A DNA stretch of 25,374 bases from Bacillota bacterium. GTDB lineage: Bacteria; Bacillota; DTU025. A program made the translations under genes and the position numbers. The first letter of the stretch is position 1, and every line of letters begins with the position of its first letter. The stretch covers positions 1 to 25,374 of the forward strand of contig DAOTAC010000001.1 in the NCBI GenBank assembly GCA_035382325.1, written 5' to 3'. This document shows, one piece after another, positions 23,111 to 25,374 of the stretch. The notes under the pieces are model-generated. The model saw only the letters and a program-made list of their open reading frames with translations, searched no databases and was not told the origin of the DNA.

Positions 23111-23378
23111 GTTCTATCTGATGTCAGGAAGTTGGCGTGTCCTACATAATGCTCGCTCTATGTCAGTATAATTGCGTGAGGTTGAATTTACTAAGCCGAG
23201 AAGGATTCCGCAATCTTGTGTGGAATATCTACTAGAATATGATGGGGTGCCGCACAGCTCCATCGTGGACAACGACAGATATGAACTATGGATGACGAAT
23301 GGACGTCTGCGGAAGGGGGCGCGTTCATGTCTTGATCGCTGAAGTCTGACGAAATTCGCGGAATGGAGGGATTAGGAA

Positions 23379-24800
23379 ATGATATCGAGTGTGGATATCG
23401 TCAAACCCCTCGTCAATCAGGCGCTGGCCTATGTTAGCAAGGACCCTGTCGCAAACTTGCCCAAGATTCTGAAGATAGGCGAGAAGATAGCGGGCAAGGA
23501 GAGCCACAAGGCCCAGGTTCGCGATGTGACGAGAGTGCTGACGGAATCCGACGGCAACTGGCGCGAGCTGGCCATCAGGCTTCTCACTGAAACTCACCCC
23601 AACATAATGAAGTCTATTGGAGTCAACTTCTTCGTCAACGCTAGCCTAGTCGGTATCCCTAAGCAGTACAAGATCTCTGAGGAACTCGGCGTGCAAGTGC
23701 CCTACGCTATTCTCATGGACCCGACCGAAAAATGCAATCTAAGATGTACCGGCTGTTGGGCCGGCGACTACCAGCGTGTTCGTGAACTAGACTATGAAGT
23801 GATGGACAGGGTCTGCCGCGAAGCTGAAGAACTGGGCATTTATCTTATCGTTGTATCCGGCGGTGAACCCATGGTTGCAAAGGACAAGCTGCTCAGGCTG
23901 GCCGAGTCCCACCCGAATCAGTTGTTCCATCCATTTACCAACGGTACGCTGATAGACGAGGATTTCGTGTCGGAAATGGTCCGATTGGGCAATATCGCGC
24001 CGGCGCTCTCAGTGGAGGGCCTGGAACAGGAGACCGACAATAGGCGTGGCAAGGGCGTGTACAAGAAGATCATGCACGCCATGGACTTGATGCGCGAGGC
24101 CGGGTGCATATTCGGGTTCTCTGCCTGTTATGCCCGGAACAACGTGGACGTGATAGCCAGCGACGAGTTCATCGACACCATGGTCGACAAGGGCTGCACG
24201 TTTGGCTGGTTCTTCACGTACGTACCTGTAGGCTCAGAGCCTAATTTGGACCTGATGGCGACGCCTGAACAGAGGGCCAAGATGTATGATGCTGTGCGGA
24301 GTTTCAGAAACACCAAGCCCATCTTCCTCGTGGACTTCTGGAACGATGGCGAGTTCTCTCTCGGATGCATAGCCGGCGGTCGCAGGTACCTGCACATCAA
24401 TGCAGCCGGCGATGTCGAGCCCTGTGCGTTTATCCATTACGCTACCGACAATATCAACGATGTCAGCCTCAAGCAGGCGCTGGCTTCGCCGCTGATGCGG
24501 GCATACCAGAAGAGACAGCCTTTCAACGAGAACATGTTGAGGCCGTGCCCGCTCATCGACAATCCTGAGAAGCTGGTGGAGATAATCCAAGAATCTGGCG
24601 CCCGCTCGACCCAGCTTGGCGAGCATGCGGTCGAGCCTGAGGTACTGGCCGACAAGATCCAGAAGGAATACACCCAGCACTGGGCAGCCCGTGCAGACGA
24701 GCTGTGGCAGTCCAACCCGCACCCCTTCCACGACAGAGCATGTGAGTTTGCGAAGAAGGAGGAAGCGGAGAGGAGAGAGAGGCAGGCCAGCAGGGTGTAG
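23379..24800 (+). CDS. Radical SAM protein with SPASM/twitch-like C-terminal domain
   Basis: CNLRCTGC (CxxxCxxC), SGGEP, FTNGTL, and auxiliary-cluster-like GCIAG...HINAAGDVEPC...RPCP. SD GGAGGG upstream. Substrate unknown. Confidence 0.88.
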   Translation: MISSVDIVKPLVNQALAYVSKDPVANLPKILKIGEKIAGKESHKAQVRDVTRVLTESDGNWRELAIRLLTETHPNIMKSIGVNFFVNASLVGIPKQYKISEELGVQVPYAILMDPTEKCNLRCTGCWAGDYQRVRELDYEVMDRVCREAEELGIYLIVVSGGEPMVAKDKLLRLAESHPNQLFHPFTNGTLIDEDFVSEMVRLGNIAPALSVEGLEQETDNRRGKGVYKKIMHAMDLMREAGCIFGFSACYARNNVDVIASDEFIDTMVDKGCTFGWFFTYVPVGSEPNLDLMATPEQRAKMYDAVRSFRNTKPIFLVDFWNDGEFSLGCIAGGRRYLHINAAGDVEPCAFIHYATDNINDVSLKQALASPLMRAYQKRQPFNENMLRPCPLIDNPEKLVEIIQESGARSTQLGEHAVEPEVLADKIQKEYTQHWAARADELWQSNPHPFHDRACEFAKKEEAERRERQASRV

Positions 24801-24839
24801 AACAGTCGGAGACCCGAAACAGACGAGACAGACGAAACG

Positions 24840-24870
24840 AGAGCCCGTGCAGACGCGCGGGCTCTTGTTT
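24840..24870 (+). terminator. Rho-independent terminator, possibly bidirectional
   Basis: Stem gagcccgtgc (24841-24850) / gcgcgggctc (24855-24864), loop AGAC, then TTGTTT. Lies between the convergent radical SAM and mnmA genes. Confidence 0.75.
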
Positions 24871-24884
24871 AGGTGCACCCGGTG

Positions 24885-25374
24885 TCACGTCGAACTTGCG
24901 ATGATGCCACCGCCGAGGAGCATGTCTCCGGAATAGAACACTCCGGACTGACCCGGGGTTATGGCGCGCTGGGGCGAAGCGAACTTCACGCGAACATTGC
25001 CGTCTGCGGCCGGCGTCAACAGGGCTTTCGCGGGCGCCGATTTGTACCTTATCTGTACCTGCGCCTCCATCTCGTCTTCCAGCACATCGAACGGGATGAA
25101 GTTCACCTGTTCAGCCCGGAACTCGGTGCTGTAAAGATACTCTCTTGGCCCCGCAACGATGGTATTCGATTCCGGCCTGATCTCGATGACGTACATGGGC
25201 CCGTCATGTTTGCTCTGCAGTTGCCCCAGCCCACGCCGCTGGCCCACGGTATACATTGCGGTTCCCATATGCTCGCCGATGATCGTGCCGTCAGGAGACA
25301 CGATAGGACCGGGAGCCCCTAGCGCAGGGCGTTCGTGGATGCCAACACCGACCGCAGCTGCAGCTTTGGCGAAG
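24885..25374 (-). CDS. mnmA: tRNA-specific 2-thiouridylase MnmA, C-terminal part (5' end outside window)
   Basis: PGPIVSPDGTIIGEH.G...YTVGQRRGLG and PQRAITPGQSGVFY.GD.LLGGGII. The frame has no stop up to the window edge. Confidence 0.92.
   Translation of the reverse strand, partial: FAKAAAAVGVGIHERPALGAPGPIVSPDGTIIGEHMGTAMYTVGQRRGLGQLQSKHDGPMYVIEIRPESNTIVAGPREYLYSTEFRAEQVNFIPFDVLEDEMEAQVQIRYKSAPAKALLTPAADGNVRVKFASPQRAITPGQSGVFYSGDMLLGGGIIASST

Noticed and set aside
1-25374. CRISPR arrays, tRNA/rRNA genes, integrases, transposases
   Set aside because: No repeat-spacer pattern, cloverleaf, rRNA-like stretch or mobility-gene motif was seen.

Overview
Bacterial chromosomal window, mostly about 60-65% GC by eye. 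Strong Shine-Dalgarno sites, two sigmaK-like promoter matches and the gene families suggest a high-GC, probably endospore-forming Bacillota member (inference). Gene order: 3' part of Type I R-M hsdR; a lower-GC nucleoside phosphorylase; a TM287/288-type heterodimeric ABC exporter; a 460-bp intergenic region with a 3-copy repeat; a reverse-strand BMP-family (Nup-like) nucleoside ABC importer; an unusual Type III R-M-derived operon mod1-res-mod2; a small Cys-rich protein with a (CPP)n tail; a MASE3-PAS-PAS-GGDEF-HD-GYP protein; an MFS transporter; a small Tyr/His/Met/Pro-rich protein; a radical SAM enzyme; and the 3' part of mnmA. Best candidate for an undescribed system: the translationally coupled mod1-res-mod2 operon. 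Res keeps every helicase/ATPase motif but stops where the C-terminal endonuclease domain normally begins. The two methyltransferases have different target-recognition regions and complementary truncations (mod1 lacks the C-terminal domain, mod2 lacks most of the N-terminal domain). Second candidate: two small low-complexity ORFs, each behind a sigmaK-like promoter, as possible new spore coat/exosporium proteins. All family assignments are from motif recognition and recall; no database search or alignment was run.
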